Assembly (NCBI GenBank): GCA_036514715.1
Contig: DATBWR010000004.1
Span: forward strand, 9,147 to 73,146
DNA: 64,000 nt
DNA from: Candidatus Nanoarchaeia archaeon
GTDB lineage: Bacteria > Patescibacteriota > Microgenomatia > Woykebacterales > RBG-16-39-9b
Reading direction: 5' to 3'
Shown: positions 16,634-25,762 of the stretch, piece after piece
How the letters are laid out: each line of letters starts with the position of its first letter
How positions within the stretch are numbered: position 1 is the first letter of the stretch
Translations under genes and position numbers: made by a program
Notes under the pieces: generated by a model
The model's database searches: none
Seen by the model: the letters and a program-made list of their open reading frames with translations, nothing else
Told to the model about the DNA's origin: nothing

Positions 16634-17071
16634 TTGCGAAGTTTAATTATTGGCATAGTAATCGTTGCGCTCATAGCAGTTGGCGTCTTTGTTTTCGTTA
16701 ACAGCTCTTCTGACGAGTCAGGATCGGAAAGTCAGACAAGTTCACAAGGAGCCAAGGATACCTCGGGTAATTCTAGCTCAAAGGCTCCTAGTGAGGTGAC
16801 GATTACTTACACTAGCAGCGGTTTTTCACCCAGTTCAGTACGTTTAAAGAAAGGCGGGAAATTAACTTGGGTTAATGAGAGTTCCAACCAAGTCGAAATT
16901 GGCGTTAATCCCCATCCAGTCCACACCGGCGACCGAAGCATAACCAGCGAAGAGTTTACTCTAAATTTGGATAGCGGTGAAACAAAAACTATTACGGTTA
17001 ATAAAGCAGGTGACTTTGGTTACCATAACCACCTTGATTCTTTAATGAGCGGCAATATTTTAGTCGAATAA
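16634..17071 (+). CDS. membrane-anchored cupredoxin-like fold protein (no Cys ligand)
   Basis: N-terminal TM helix, Ser-rich linker, then a beta-sandwich-like segment TITYTSSGFSPSSVRLKKGGKLTWVN...GDFGYHNH. TTG start after an AAAGGAGG RBS. Confidence 0.5.
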   Translation: MRSLIIGIVIVALIAVGVFVFVNSSSDESGSESQTSSQGAKDTSGNSSSKAPSEVTITYTSSGFSPSSVRLKKGGKLTWVNESSNQVEIGVNPHPVHTGDRSITSEEFTLNLDSGETKTITVNKAGDFGYHNHLDSLMSGNILVE

Positions 17072-17087
17072 AACAAAGAACTGCCCT

Positions 17088-17960
17088 ATGGAAAACGCTA
17101 ATCCACGAGCCGATCACAAAACTTTAGAGCATCTCTCAAAAATTGCCTACGATATCCGTGAGGATATTATCAAGATGCTGTTGGAGGCTGGGAGCGGCCA
17201 CTCCGCGGGACCTTTGGGGATGGCCGATGTTTTCACTGCGCTGTATTTTGCCGTCCTTAATCACGACCCTGAAAACCCCAAGTGGGCCGACCGAGACCGG
17301 TTAGTTTTATCCAACGGCCACATTTGTCCGGTTTGGTACACAACACTAGCCCACGCTGGTTACTTCCCCAGAGAGGAACTTTATACTTTAAGAAAAATTA
17401 ACTCCCGTCTTCAGGGCCACCCTCACTACGGATCTTTACCTGGCGTGGAAAATACTGGCGGTCCCTTGGGACAAGGTTTATCGCAAGCCATTGGGATGGC
17501 CCTCTCTGCTCGGATGGACAAAAAAAGATACTGGACTTACTGTATGATGAGTGACGGTGAGCATGATGAAGGGCAGACTTGGGAAGCAATTTTGTTTGCC
17601 GGCAAAAACAAGCTTGGTAATTTAACTGCTATTGTTGACCGTAACAATATTCAGATTGACGGTTTTACTGAGGATATTATGCCGCTGGAACCGTTTAAGG
17701 AAAAACATGAAGCCTTCGGTTGGCATGTTCAGGAAGTGGATGGGCACAATATTCAGGCGGTAATTGATGCTTGCAACGGGGCTAAAGCAATTTTCAACAA
17801 GCCGAGTGTTATCATCGCCCACACCATACCTGGTAAAGGTGTTGATTTTATGGAAAGAGATTGGGTGTGGCACGGTAAACCGCCCAACCCTGAAGAAGCA
17901 AAACGTGCTTTGAAAGAACTTCGAACTCTGAAAGGTAAAATCACCGGCGAACACGAATAA
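17088..17960 (+). CDS. transketolase, N-terminal (TPP-binding) subunit
   Basis: GSGHSAGPLGMADVFTALYF, GHPHYGSLPGVENTGGPLGQGL. Confidence 0.9.
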   Translation: MENANPRADHKTLEHLSKIAYDIREDIIKMLLEAGSGHSAGPLGMADVFTALYFAVLNHDPENPKWADRDRLVLSNGHICPVWYTTLAHAGYFPREELYTLRKINSRLQGHPHYGSLPGVENTGGPLGQGLSQAIGMALSARMDKKRYWTYCMMSDGEHDEGQTWEAILFAGKNKLGNLTAIVDRNNIQIDGFTEDIMPLEPFKEKHEAFGWHVQEVDGHNIQAVIDACNGAKAIFNKPSVIIAHTIPGKGVDFMERDWVWHGKPPNPEEAKRALKELRTLKGKITGEHE

Positions 17961-18031
17961 CAATGTTTCAACTTATTAACAAATTAAAACAAAAGGAGGC
18001 TAAAAGTACGAGGACGTATAATTAGGAAATT

Positions 18032-18523
18032 ATGAATCAAATTGTCAAAATCGGTTTAGGGTTGGCAATAGCAATTATTTTTCCGTTGATGGTTGGTTTG
18101 GGGGTGGAAGCTTTTTATCCCAGTCCGAAGAGTCAGTACGAAAAATGTCGCTATCCAGTGGTAGAAGCGGCGGCAGCTGGTACTGTTAGTGAAAAATCAC
18201 CAATTTATCCGGAAGACGACCCAACTTACAAAAAATGTATTGATGATCAGGAAAAAATCGTTAACACTTACAACCGTAACGCTTTTGTAGTTATTACTAT
18301 TCTCGGCTTTGTGGCGATTGCAGTTGGGGCACTCTTCTTTAATGAGTCGCTGGGTCCGGTTGCCCCTGGGTTAGTCTTCGGCGGACTTTTCACCATTCTT
18401 TATGGTGCGGGCAGAGGCTTTACTGCTGTTGATAAACGCTGGTTATTCGCGGAGTTGGTAGTTTTGCTGGTCGGTTTAATTCTTGTGACGCGGCGCTTCT
18501 TAATGACGCAAGCTAAAAAATGA
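18032..18523 (+). CDS. hypothetical membrane protein
   Basis: Several hydrophobic segments; lies between the two transketolase halves. Confidence 0.5.
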   Translation: MNQIVKIGLGLAIAIIFPLMVGLGVEAFYPSPKSQYEKCRYPVVEAAAAGTVSEKSPIYPEDDPTYKKCIDDQEKIVNTYNRNAFVVITILGFVAIAVGALFFNESLGPVAPGLVFGGLFTILYGAGRGFTAVDKRWLFAELVVLLVGLILVTRRFLMTQAKK

Positions 18524-18561
18524 ACCGCTATGCGTTTCGTTTCTCGCTAAAATGAGTAGAT

Positions 18562-19539
18562 ATGAGCTTTTTAAACCCTAGACTTTTTGACAAAGAGGTT
18601 GAACAAGCTGGAACCAGGGATGGTTATGGCAAGGCATTGCTCGAACTTGGGGAGTCCAATAAAAACGTCTTGGTCTTAACTGCCGATTTGGCCGAGTCAA
18701 CTCGAGTCGAAGAGTTTGGGAAAAAGTTTCCTGACCGATTTATTGAATGCGGAGTGGCCGAACAAAATATGATGGGAATTGCCGCCGGACTTGCCCTAAG
18801 TGGAAAAATTCCCTTTGTCAGTTCCTACGCGGTCTTTTCTCCGGGGCGAAGTTGGGATCAATTTCGGGTGAGTGTCTGTTATACCGAAGCGAATGTTAAA
18901 GTTGCCGGTGCCCACTCTGGTATTTCCGTGGGTCCAGATGGTGCTACCCACCAAGCCTTGGAAGATATTGCTATGACGCGAGTTTTGCCCAATCTGGTGG
19001 TGGAAGTTCCCTGCGATGCCCAAGAAGCACGTAAAACTACTCTTGCCGCAGCAGCTCATAAAGGCCCTTTTTATTTTCGCTTTGGTCGGGAGAAAACGCC
19101 GATTATTACCACAGAAGAGGCGCCTTTCGAGGTCGGCAAAGCCGAAGTTTTTAAAGATGGAGATGATGTGACAATTGTTGCTTGTGGACCGCTTGTTTAC
19201 CAAGCGCTCCTTGCGGCCGAGCATTTGGAGAAAAAAGGAGTTAACCCTCGAGTAATCAATAATCATACAATTAAACCAATCGATACTCTCACTTTGGCAA
19301 AAGCAGCCAAAGAAACCGGCGCTATAGTCACCGTTGAAGAGCACCAAGTGATGGGTGGAATGGGTAGTGCAGTGGCCGAAGCTTTAGCTAAGAACTACCC
19401 AGTGCCTATAGAATTTATCGGTATGCAGGATACTTTTGGTGAAAGCGGCAAACCAAATGAACTTTATGAAAAATACGGCATGAGTCCTGACGCGATAATC
19501 GCCGCGGTTAACACCGTTTTAAAAAGAAAGAACAACTAA
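18562..19539 (+). CDS. transketolase, C-terminal (pyrimidine-binding) subunit
   Basis: GVAEQNMMGIAAGLALSGKIPFVSSYAVF...GPDGATHQALEDIAMTRVLPN. Confidence 0.9.
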   Translation: MSFLNPRLFDKEVEQAGTRDGYGKALLELGESNKNVLVLTADLAESTRVEEFGKKFPDRFIECGVAEQNMMGIAAGLALSGKIPFVSSYAVFSPGRSWDQFRVSVCYTEANVKVAGAHSGISVGPDGATHQALEDIAMTRVLPNLVVEVPCDAQEARKTTLAAAAHKGPFYFRFGREKTPIITTEEAPFEVGKAEVFKDGDDVTIVACGPLVYQALLAAEHLEKKGVNPRVINNHTIKPIDTLTLAKAAKETGAIVTVEEHQVMGGMGSAVAEALAKNYPVPIEFIGMQDTFGESGKPNELYEKYGMSPDAIIAAVNTVLKRKNN

Positions 19540-19877
19540 TGTTACAAAAAACTCTTGCAGTACTTTATTTAATCTTAGTGGTGGTAACAATAACCTACTC
19601 ATCAGGTGACCTTTTGCTAATTGCGGGTGAGGTTTTTGTCCTGCTTATTGCTAGTGCGTTATTGCTGAAACCGTTTAATAAAATACTACTTATACTATTT
19701 CTGGCGTTGACCTCGCTTGATCTTGCTTGGTTTATTTACGAGTTTGGTATTACAAGTTTTTCGGGATGCGAGGGTTCAGGAGACTTTGCCTGTGGGTTGG
19801 GAGTAATTCTCAGTTTACTTTTAGCGCCTGTTCTAGTTTTAACTCTAATAGTGCTTGTTAAACTTTTAAGAAAATGA
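19539..19877 (+). CDS. small hypothetical membrane protein
   Basis: 112 aa with three hydrophobic helices; start/stop overlap with neighbouring genes. Confidence 0.45.
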   Translation: MLQKTLAVLYLILVVVTITYSSGDLLLIAGEVFVLLIASALLLKPFNKILLILFLALTSLDLAWFIYEFGITSFSGCEGSGDFACGLGVILSLLLAPVLVLTLIVLVKLLRK

Positions 19878-20251
19878 CTTCTAAAATTGTTTTTTGGGTT
19901 CCAAGAATATTAGGAATAGTATCGTTACTGGCCCTTTTGTACTACCAAAGTAGCTTTGATATGACTTTTGGAGTTCTTTTCTTTGACATAATTGCCTTTA
20001 TACCATTACTTTCGCTATCTTTATCTTCAGTAGGTTCTGTTTTGAGAACAGTTATGTTTATATTAGGTTTATTCATTCTTGGTATGTGGTATTTCGTTTA
20101 CCTGCTAGGGGCAGGTTTATCTTCTAGTAATGGGGAACCAAGGCTTACTTATTTTTACCTATACCTAGTAACCTATTTGGTAGCACTAGTTTGGTTACTT
20201 ATTGGGAACCGTAAGAAAGTTACAAATGACACCAAAAGAGTGGTTAGCTAG
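19874..20251 (+). CDS. small hypothetical membrane protein
   Basis: 125 aa, multi-TM. Confidence 0.45.
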   Translation: MTSKIVFWVPRILGIVSLLALLYYQSSFDMTFGVLFFDIIAFIPLLSLSLSSVGSVLRTVMFILGLFILGMWYFVYLLGAGLSSSNGEPRLTYFYLYLVTYLVALVWLLIGNRKKVTNDTKRVVS

Positions 20252-21089
20252 AGCTAAAAACGAGGGTTTTGCCATACCTGCCTTAAACGCGGGGACTTTT
20301 GAGACTCTTAAGGGAATTGTTGCGGCCGCTAGCGAGGCAAAATCGCCGGTGATTATTGAAACTTCCACTAACGAAACCAAGTGGATGGAAGCCAAGAATG
20401 TACTGTGCATGTGCCGTAACTTTTCCGAAGAATACGGTGTGCCAGTTTTGGTTAATCTAGACCACGCCTACACTGAGGAAGATTTAAAACCAGGGTTTGA
20501 AGCAGGTTACGACCTAATTCATTTTGATGGCTCCAAACTTCCCTACGAAGAAAACGTGGCTATTGCCAAAAAAGTGGTTGCGGCTGCTCGCGAGCATGGT
20601 CAAATTGTCGAAGGAGAGATGGATAAAATTGTTGGTGAAGGTTCCGAAGTCCATACTACTCAGGTCGACCAAAGTGCAATTGACGCTGGTAAGAGTAAAC
20701 CGGAGACCGCCGCTAAATTTGTTAGCGAAACCGGCGTGGATATTTACGCTTCTTTCTTTGGTAACGTCCACGGCATTTACCCCGGTTATACTCCACACCT
20801 TGATATCGAACTCTTGAAAAAAATCCAAGAGGCCATTCCCAACACCTTTCTTTCGATGCACGGGTCTTCCGGAACTCCGGACGATCAAGTGAAAGCAGCG
20901 GTTGCCACGGGTGTTGTCAAAGTTAACGTTAATACGGAGCTAAGGCTCGCCTATCGTCAGTCTTTAGAAAAAGCGTTAGCTGAACATAAAGAAATCGCTA
21001 TGTACAAGGTTTTTCCGGAAGTTGTCGAAGCAGTCAAAAAAGAAGCTTTAAGGTGGATTGGAATGTGCGGTTCTGGAGGCAAGGTGTAA
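20226..21089 (+). CDS. fba: class II fructose/tagatose-bisphosphate aldolase (likely start ATG at 20226)
   Basis: AIPALNAGTFETLKGIVAAASEAKSPVIIETS...LDHAYTEE...HGSSGTPDDQV. Confidence 0.85.
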   Translation: MTPKEWLARAKNEGFAIPALNAGTFETLKGIVAAASEAKSPVIIETSTNETKWMEAKNVLCMCRNFSEEYGVPVLVNLDHAYTEEDLKPGFEAGYDLIHFDGSKLPYEENVAIAKKVVAAAREHGQIVEGEMDKIVGEGSEVHTTQVDQSAIDAGKSKPETAAKFVSETGVDIYASFFGNVHGIYPGYTPHLDIELLKKIQEAIPNTFLSMHGSSGTPDDQVKAAVATGVVKVNVNTELRLAYRQSLEKALAEHKEIAMYKVFPEVVEAVKKEALRWIGMCGSGGKV

Positions 21090-22075
21090 TGTACGACATG
21101 ATTAGCGTGGGTGATGCGACCATTGATACTTTTTTAAAAATTAACGATGCGCATATTTCCTGCAACATTAATAAAGAAAACTGCCAGCTCTGTATAAATT
21201 ACGGAGACAAAATTGCCGTGGAGAGTGTTCAGCATTTAGTAGCTGGGAACGCGGCCAACAACGCGGTCGGATCGGCCCGTTTGGGATTGAAAACGGCTAT
21301 CTACGTTAACGTTGGGTCAGATGAGCCGGGTTTCAAGATCAAAAAGAAGTTAGTCGAAGAAAAAGTTTCTCCTAACTATATCAAAGTTAACGAGGGTATG
21401 GAGTCCAACTACTCAGCCGTAATTAATTTTCAAGGGGAGCGCACGATTTTGGTCTATCACCAAGAGTGGAAGTACGATCTGCCGGAGATGGAACAGGCAA
21501 AATGGGTTTACTACACCAGTGCTGCCCCAAGTTTTGTTAACGGTACCTTTTCTCAGGATTTAGCCGCCTACGTTAAAGAAAACAGGGCTAAAATGGGTTA
21601 CAACCCTGGGACTTATCAAATTAAGGCTGGTGTGAAAAATTTCAAAGACATTTTAGAGGCGACAGAAGTCTTTTTTGTTAACACAGAAGAGGCAGAAAGA
21701 ATTTTGGGGATAGAAGGTAGCGGCAAAGTGGAAATTAAAGACTTATTGAAGAAAACTCGTGACGAGCTTGGTTTGAAGATAGTCGTGATTACTGATGGAC
21801 GTGAGGGTTCTTACAGTTTTGACGGAAACGATTACTGGAAACTACCGGAATATCCAGGCGACAGAATTGAAGCCACTGGAGCAGGCGATGCTTACGCAAC
21901 CGCACTTTGTGCAGCCCTTTTTTACGAAAAACCTTTACCGGAGGCTATGGTTTGGGGTAGTATTAACGGAGCTTTGGTAGTTGGCAAAGTAGGTCCTCAG
22001 GCAGGGTTAGCAACTTTAGAAGTAATGGACCAAAAAATCAAAGCTTTGCTCAACTTTAAGGCAGAAAAATTCTAA
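21089..22075 (+). CDS. PfkB-family carbohydrate kinase (start probably 21089; TAATG overlap with fba)
   Basis: MISVGDATIDTF, GGNAANNAVGSARLG, TGAGDAYATALCAAL. Confidence 0.8.
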   Translation: MYDMISVGDATIDTFLKINDAHISCNINKENCQLCINYGDKIAVESVQHLVAGNAANNAVGSARLGLKTAIYVNVGSDEPGFKIKKKLVEEKVSPNYIKVNEGMESNYSAVINFQGERTILVYHQEWKYDLPEMEQAKWVYYTSAAPSFVNGTFSQDLAAYVKENRAKMGYNPGTYQIKAGVKNFKDILEATEVFFVNTEEAERILGIEGSGKVEIKDLLKKTRDELGLKIVVITDGREGSYSFDGNDYWKLPEYPGDRIEATGAGDAYATALCAALFYEKPLPEAMVWGSINGALVVGKVGPQAGLATLEVMDQKIKALLNFKAEKF

Positions 22076-22077
22076 AA

Positions 22078-22326
22078 ATGAACGTAAAAATCTATACCAC
22101 AACCACGTGCCCTTTTTGTCGGATGGAAAAAGAATATCTTGATGCGGCAGGTATAAAATACGAAAATATTTATGTTGACGAAGACCAAGCGGCGGCCCAA
22201 GAACTAATTAATACTTCGCACCAGTTGGGTGTACCTTTTACAGTTGTTACTAAAGACGACGGTTCTAAGGAAAATATTCTGGGTTTCGACAAAACACGTT
22301 TAAAAGAACTTTTTCATCTTTCCTGA
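22078..22326 (+). CDS. glutaredoxin/NrdH-like thiol-disulfide oxidoreductase
   Basis: VKIYTTTTCPFCRMEKEYLD (CPFC active site), 82 aa. Confidence 0.85.
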   Translation: MNVKIYTTTTCPFCRMEKEYLDAAGIKYENIYVDEDQAAAQELINTSHQLGVPFTVVTKDDGSKENILGFDKTRLKELFHLS

Positions 22327-22350
22327 TCCCTGCCCAAGGTAAGTCTAAAC

Positions 22351-23004
22351 ATGGAAAACAACGAGGTTGCTGAGCTTAATAAAAAAGAGCGTAAGGAGTA
22401 TTTAAAAAATCTGCGCGCTGGCCAGTCGGGAAAAGACCGCAAAACCCGTTTGCTTGTTGGTGGTCTGATTGTGACCGGGGTAGTCCTTGCTGGGGCTGGA
22501 CTTTTTTACTTATCTAACTTGAACGCAACCGACAAAATCCCTCCGGTAGGAGAGCTAGTCGATGAAATGCCGGCCCCTAACACCGCGTTACACATTGAAG
22601 TTGGAGCCCAGCACGTTCCCTACAGCACCAACCCACCCACTTCTGGACCACATTACAACGCATCTGGAGCCGGGCCGATTGAGTGTAAGGTTTACGAAGA
22701 TGAGGTGGTGGATGAAGGTGTGATCCACAACTTGGAACATGGCGCAGTCTGGGTAACTTATCAAGATAAGAACGACACTGATCTTGCTGGTAAGTTAAAG
22801 GTGATTGTTGAGGATTACTCAAAAACCGTTCTTTCTCCTCGTTCCAAAAATGACTCCAAAATCGCGCTTGTTGCTTGGCGGCACATTCTGAAACTTGACC
22901 AGTTTGACGAAAAGAAAATTCGCGATTTTATCCGTCTTTACAAAAGCTCCAAAGAAGCTCCGGAGCCCCTTGCGGGTTGTGGAACTGCGGTGCCGGGAAG
23001 GTAA
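22351..23004 (+). CDS. DUF3105-like membrane-anchored protein
   Basis: TM helix LLVGGLIVTGVVLAGAGLFYL, then PPTSGPHY...NLEHGAVWVTY. Confidence 0.55.
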   Translation: MENNEVAELNKKERKEYLKNLRAGQSGKDRKTRLLVGGLIVTGVVLAGAGLFYLSNLNATDKIPPVGELVDEMPAPNTALHIEVGAQHVPYSTNPPTSGPHYNASGAGPIECKVYEDEVVDEGVIHNLEHGAVWVTYQDKNDTDLAGKLKVIVEDYSKTVLSPRSKNDSKIALVAWRHILKLDQFDEKKIRDFIRLYKSSKEAPEPLAGCGTAVPGR

Positions 23005-23008
23005 AAAA

Positions 23009-23533
23009 ATGGCTTTAGAAATCCGCACCAAAGAAAAACTAAAGGAAGTTCTCAGAGACCCATCTGCGCAAGGGCCGGACAATGCTTACTACATGATGCG
23101 CGGTATTCCCAACATCACAATTTGGGAGCCGGGTTTTTACGGGCAGGAGTTTAATAAGACTTACGGACACTATCACCTTCACAACGAGCCGGAGACCTAC
23201 CAAGTTTTATTTGGTGAAGGAATTGGAATTTTGCAGCATCGCAGCGAAAGTGGTGAAGTGTATGAGGTCCGCTTGGTGAAAGTTAAGCAAGGTGATACCG
23301 TTAAGGTTCCGCAGGGTGCTTGGGGTCACGCCTTTGCCAACACCGGTAAAACCTATCTGATTACTTCAGATGACGCCAGGAGCGATGCGTCTCATTCCCA
23401 AAACGACTACCTACCGGTGAAAGAAAAACAGGGTATGGCTTATTACATAGTTACCGAAGGCGGGGAAGTGAAAATTATTCCTAACCCCAATTATAAAAAC
23501 TTGCCAGATCCTAAGTGGGTTGACCCAGATTAA
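23009..23533 (+). CDS. cupin-type (archaeal-type) glucose-6-phosphate isomerase candidate (start probably ATG at 23009, after GGAAGG)
   Basis: TYGHYHLHNEPETYQVLFGEGIGILQ matches the cupin metal-binding motif of cPGI. Confidence 0.65.
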   Translation: MALEIRTKEKLKEVLRDPSAQGPDNAYYMMRGIPNITIWEPGFYGQEFNKTYGHYHLHNEPETYQVLFGEGIGILQHRSESGEVYEVRLVKVKQGDTVKVPQGAWGHAFANTGKTYLITSDDARSDASHSQNDYLPVKEKQGMAYYIVTEGGEVKIIPNPNYKNLPDPKWVDPD

Positions 23534-23970
23534 TGGAAAAAAATCAGTTTGATGCCAGTAACTTTACAATCGATGGAAAAGCCGAGCAGGTGGATAAGCC
23601 CTGGGGTTGGGAAATTCACTGGGCTAAAACTCCCGAATATGTCGGCAAACTGCTGCATATTAAGCAGGGCAAGAGACTCTCTCTCCAGTACCACGATCAG
23701 AAAACAGAATCCGAGTTTTTAATCAAAGGTAAAGTTACCTTGTGGTTGGACAACTTGGAGGGCGAGTATACTCCAGTGGAGATGGAGATTGGCAAAGGTT
23801 ACACGATTGTACCCTTCCAACGGCACCGCTTTGAAGCTCAGGAAGATTCCGAAATAATTGAAGTCTCTACTCCGGAAAAGGGTACTACCTACCGTTTGGA
23901 AGATGATTTTAAACGTCCGGATGAAACCGAAGAGCTTCGAAGTCAGCCTGGGCGTGGTTGGAAACCTTAA
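23533..23970 (+). CDS. cupin-domain protein (sugar-phosphate isomerase-like)
   Basis: KPWGWEIHWA...LSLQYHDQKTESEFLIKGKV is a cupin motif. Confidence 0.55.
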   Translation: MEKNQFDASNFTIDGKAEQVDKPWGWEIHWAKTPEYVGKLLHIKQGKRLSLQYHDQKTESEFLIKGKVTLWLDNLEGEYTPVEMEIGKGYTIVPFQRHRFEAQEDSEIIEVSTPEKGTTYRLEDDFKRPDETEELRSQPGRGWKP

Positions 23971-23994
23971 AACCACTTCATTTCCTAGAATAGT

Positions 23995-24022
23995 AAATAT
24001 ATGAATAGTTATTCATATATTT
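23995..24022. promoter_or_regulatory. palindrome copy 2 (28 bp), immediately upstream of trxB
   Basis: AAATATATGAATA-GT-TATTCATATATTT. It is followed by TGTAAT (24023-24028), 7 nt, then the trxB ATG at 24036. Confidence 0.7.
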
Positions 24023-24035
24023 TGTAATAGCCAAA

Positions 24036-24983
24036 ATGAACGATACTGACGATATTTTTGACACAATTATTGCTGGGTCGGGCCCAGCCGGCCTGACCGC
24101 AGCTATTTATGCTGCCCGTTCCAATTTAAAGACTTTGGTTATTGCCGGGGCTGAGCCAGGCGGGCAGTTGATTTGGACTACTGAGGTCGAAGATTATCCC
24201 GGCTTTCCGGAAGGAATTTTGGGACCAGACTTAATGAAGCTGTTTCGAGAGCAAGCCGAAAGGCTGGGGGCTAAATTTGCCGATGGGCAAGTAAAAGAAG
24301 TCGATCTTAAAGAAAGACCCTTTAAAGTTAAAGTAGGCGACCGCCAGTTTTTGGGCCAAAGCCTAATTATTGCTACTGGTGCTTCGGCAATGTGGCTGGG
24401 ACTGCCTTCTGAACAGCGTTTAAGAGGTCGGGGGGTTTCGGCTTGCGCAGTTTGTGACGGCGCTTTTTTCAAGGGTAAGAACTTAGTGGTTGTTGGTGGT
24501 GGTGACACAGCGCTTAGAGAAGCACTCTTTTTAACCAGGTTTGCACCTAAGGTTTATGTTGTCCACCGCCGTGATAGCTTGCGGGCCTTTAAAGCTTTGC
24601 AGGAAAGAGCCTTTCAAAATCCGCAGATTGAATTTGTCTGGAAAAGCGAGGTCCAAGAGGTTTTGGGTAAAGACACAGTTAACGGTGTCAAAATCAAAAA
24701 TAACCAGACTGGAAAAGAAAAAACCCTTGATGTACAAGGTTTATTTGTGGCGATTGGACACAGACCCAACACGGACTTTCTTAAAGGACATCTAGAACTC
24801 TCCGAAAAAGGTTATATAATGTTAAAAGGAGGGAGTACCACTAGTGTGAAAGGGGTGTTTGCTGCTGGTGATGTGCACGACTGGAAGTATCAGCAGGCAG
24901 TAACCGCGGCCGGAGCCGGCTGCATGGCAGCCCTTGAAGTGGAAGAGTTCCTGGAAGAGCAGAAAGCAGCCAACCAAGCCTAG
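24036..24983 (+). CDS. trxB: thioredoxin-disulfide reductase
   Basis: IIAGSGPAGLTAAIYAARSNL, redox-active CAVC, GGGDTALREALFLT. Confidence 0.95.
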   Translation: MNDTDDIFDTIIAGSGPAGLTAAIYAARSNLKTLVIAGAEPGGQLIWTTEVEDYPGFPEGILGPDLMKLFREQAERLGAKFADGQVKEVDLKERPFKVKVGDRQFLGQSLIIATGASAMWLGLPSEQRLRGRGVSACAVCDGAFFKGKNLVVVGGGDTALREALFLTRFAPKVYVVHRRDSLRAFKALQERAFQNPQIEFVWKSEVQEVLGKDTVNGVKIKNNQTGKEKTLDVQGLFVAIGHRPNTDFLKGHLELSEKGYIMLKGGSTTSVKGVFAAGDVHDWKYQQAVTAAGAGCMAALEVEEFLEEQKAANQA

Positions 24984-24986
24984 AAG

Positions 24987-25004
24987 TGATAGCACTACTA
25001 TCAC
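24987..25004 (+). terminator. hairpin after trxB (weak terminator candidate, no clear U-tract)
   Basis: GTGATAG-cacta-CTATCAC, 4 nt after the trxB stop. Confidence 0.3.
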
Positions 25005-25028
25005 AACTGAGCAGTGTAAACTAGGGTG

Positions 25029-25082
25029 TTGACAACCCCATATCTTGATGCTAGCATTTATTTAGTACCCAATATCTTGTGC
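25029..25082 (+). promoter_or_regulatory. nrdR-nrdJ promoter with two NrdR-box-like sites
   Basis: TTGACA (25029-25034), 17 nt, TAGCAT. Box 1 is ACCCCATATCTTGATG (25035-25050); box 2 is ACCCAATATCTTGTGC (25067-25082). Start-to-start spacing is 32 bp. Box 2 matches the NrdR-box consensus acaCaAtATaTtGtgt at 14 of 16 positions. Confidence 0.6.
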
Positions 25083-25276
25083 TTTGCAGTTTCCACATGT
25101 GAAACGTCTCGCCAGCATTTTAGGTTAAACGAGACCCCAAAGCCCATCAAACCACAAGTACAAGGTAAAAGGAAAAGTTCTTTATTAATTTTCTAAAAAA
25201 CAGCTTAAGGACAGAAAGCTTTGAAGTTTAAGGCGTAGTTTTTTGCGGCCTTGAAAACGGGATTATATCGACCAAA

Positions 25277-25738
25277 ATGAAATGCCCTTATTGTAGCTAC
25301 TATGACACTTCTGTACTTGACTCGCGTGACAGCGAGGATCTTGGTTCGATCCGCCGCCGGAGAGAGTGTTTAAAGTGTGAAAAACGCTTTACCACTTACG
25401 AGCGGGTTGACATGGTAGATTTAGTTGTCCTGAAAAAAGATGGTCGTAGAGAGCAATTTGACCGCAAAAAATTGATGACTGGGATTTTAAAAGCAACTGA
25501 AAAGAGACCAGTGTCTATGGATCAGATTGAAAAAGCAGTTGACGAAATTGAGAGAGAACTGCGGGGGCGAGACAGTATTGAAATCCCTTCTCAAGATATG
25601 GGCGAGATTGTCATGAAGAAACTTAAAAGTTTGGATGAAGTTGCCTACATCCGTTTTGCGAGTGTCTACCGTTCGTTTGACGACTTGGAAAGTTTCCAAA
25701 AAGAAGTCAAAAGTTTATTAAAAGATAAAGCTAGTTGA
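25277..25738 (+). CDS. nrdR: transcriptional repressor NrdR
   Basis: MKCPYCSYYDTSVLDSRDSEDLGSIRRRRECLKCEKRFTTYERV zinc ribbon, plus an ATP-cone domain. Confidence 0.95.
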   Translation: MKCPYCSYYDTSVLDSRDSEDLGSIRRRRECLKCEKRFTTYERVDMVDLVVLKKDGRREQFDRKKLMTGILKATEKRPVSMDQIEKAVDEIERELRGRDSIEIPSQDMGEIVMKKLKSLDEVAYIRFASVYRSFDDLESFQKEVKSLLKDKAS

Positions 25739-25762
25739 GCAATTAAAAGGAGGACCTGCCAC

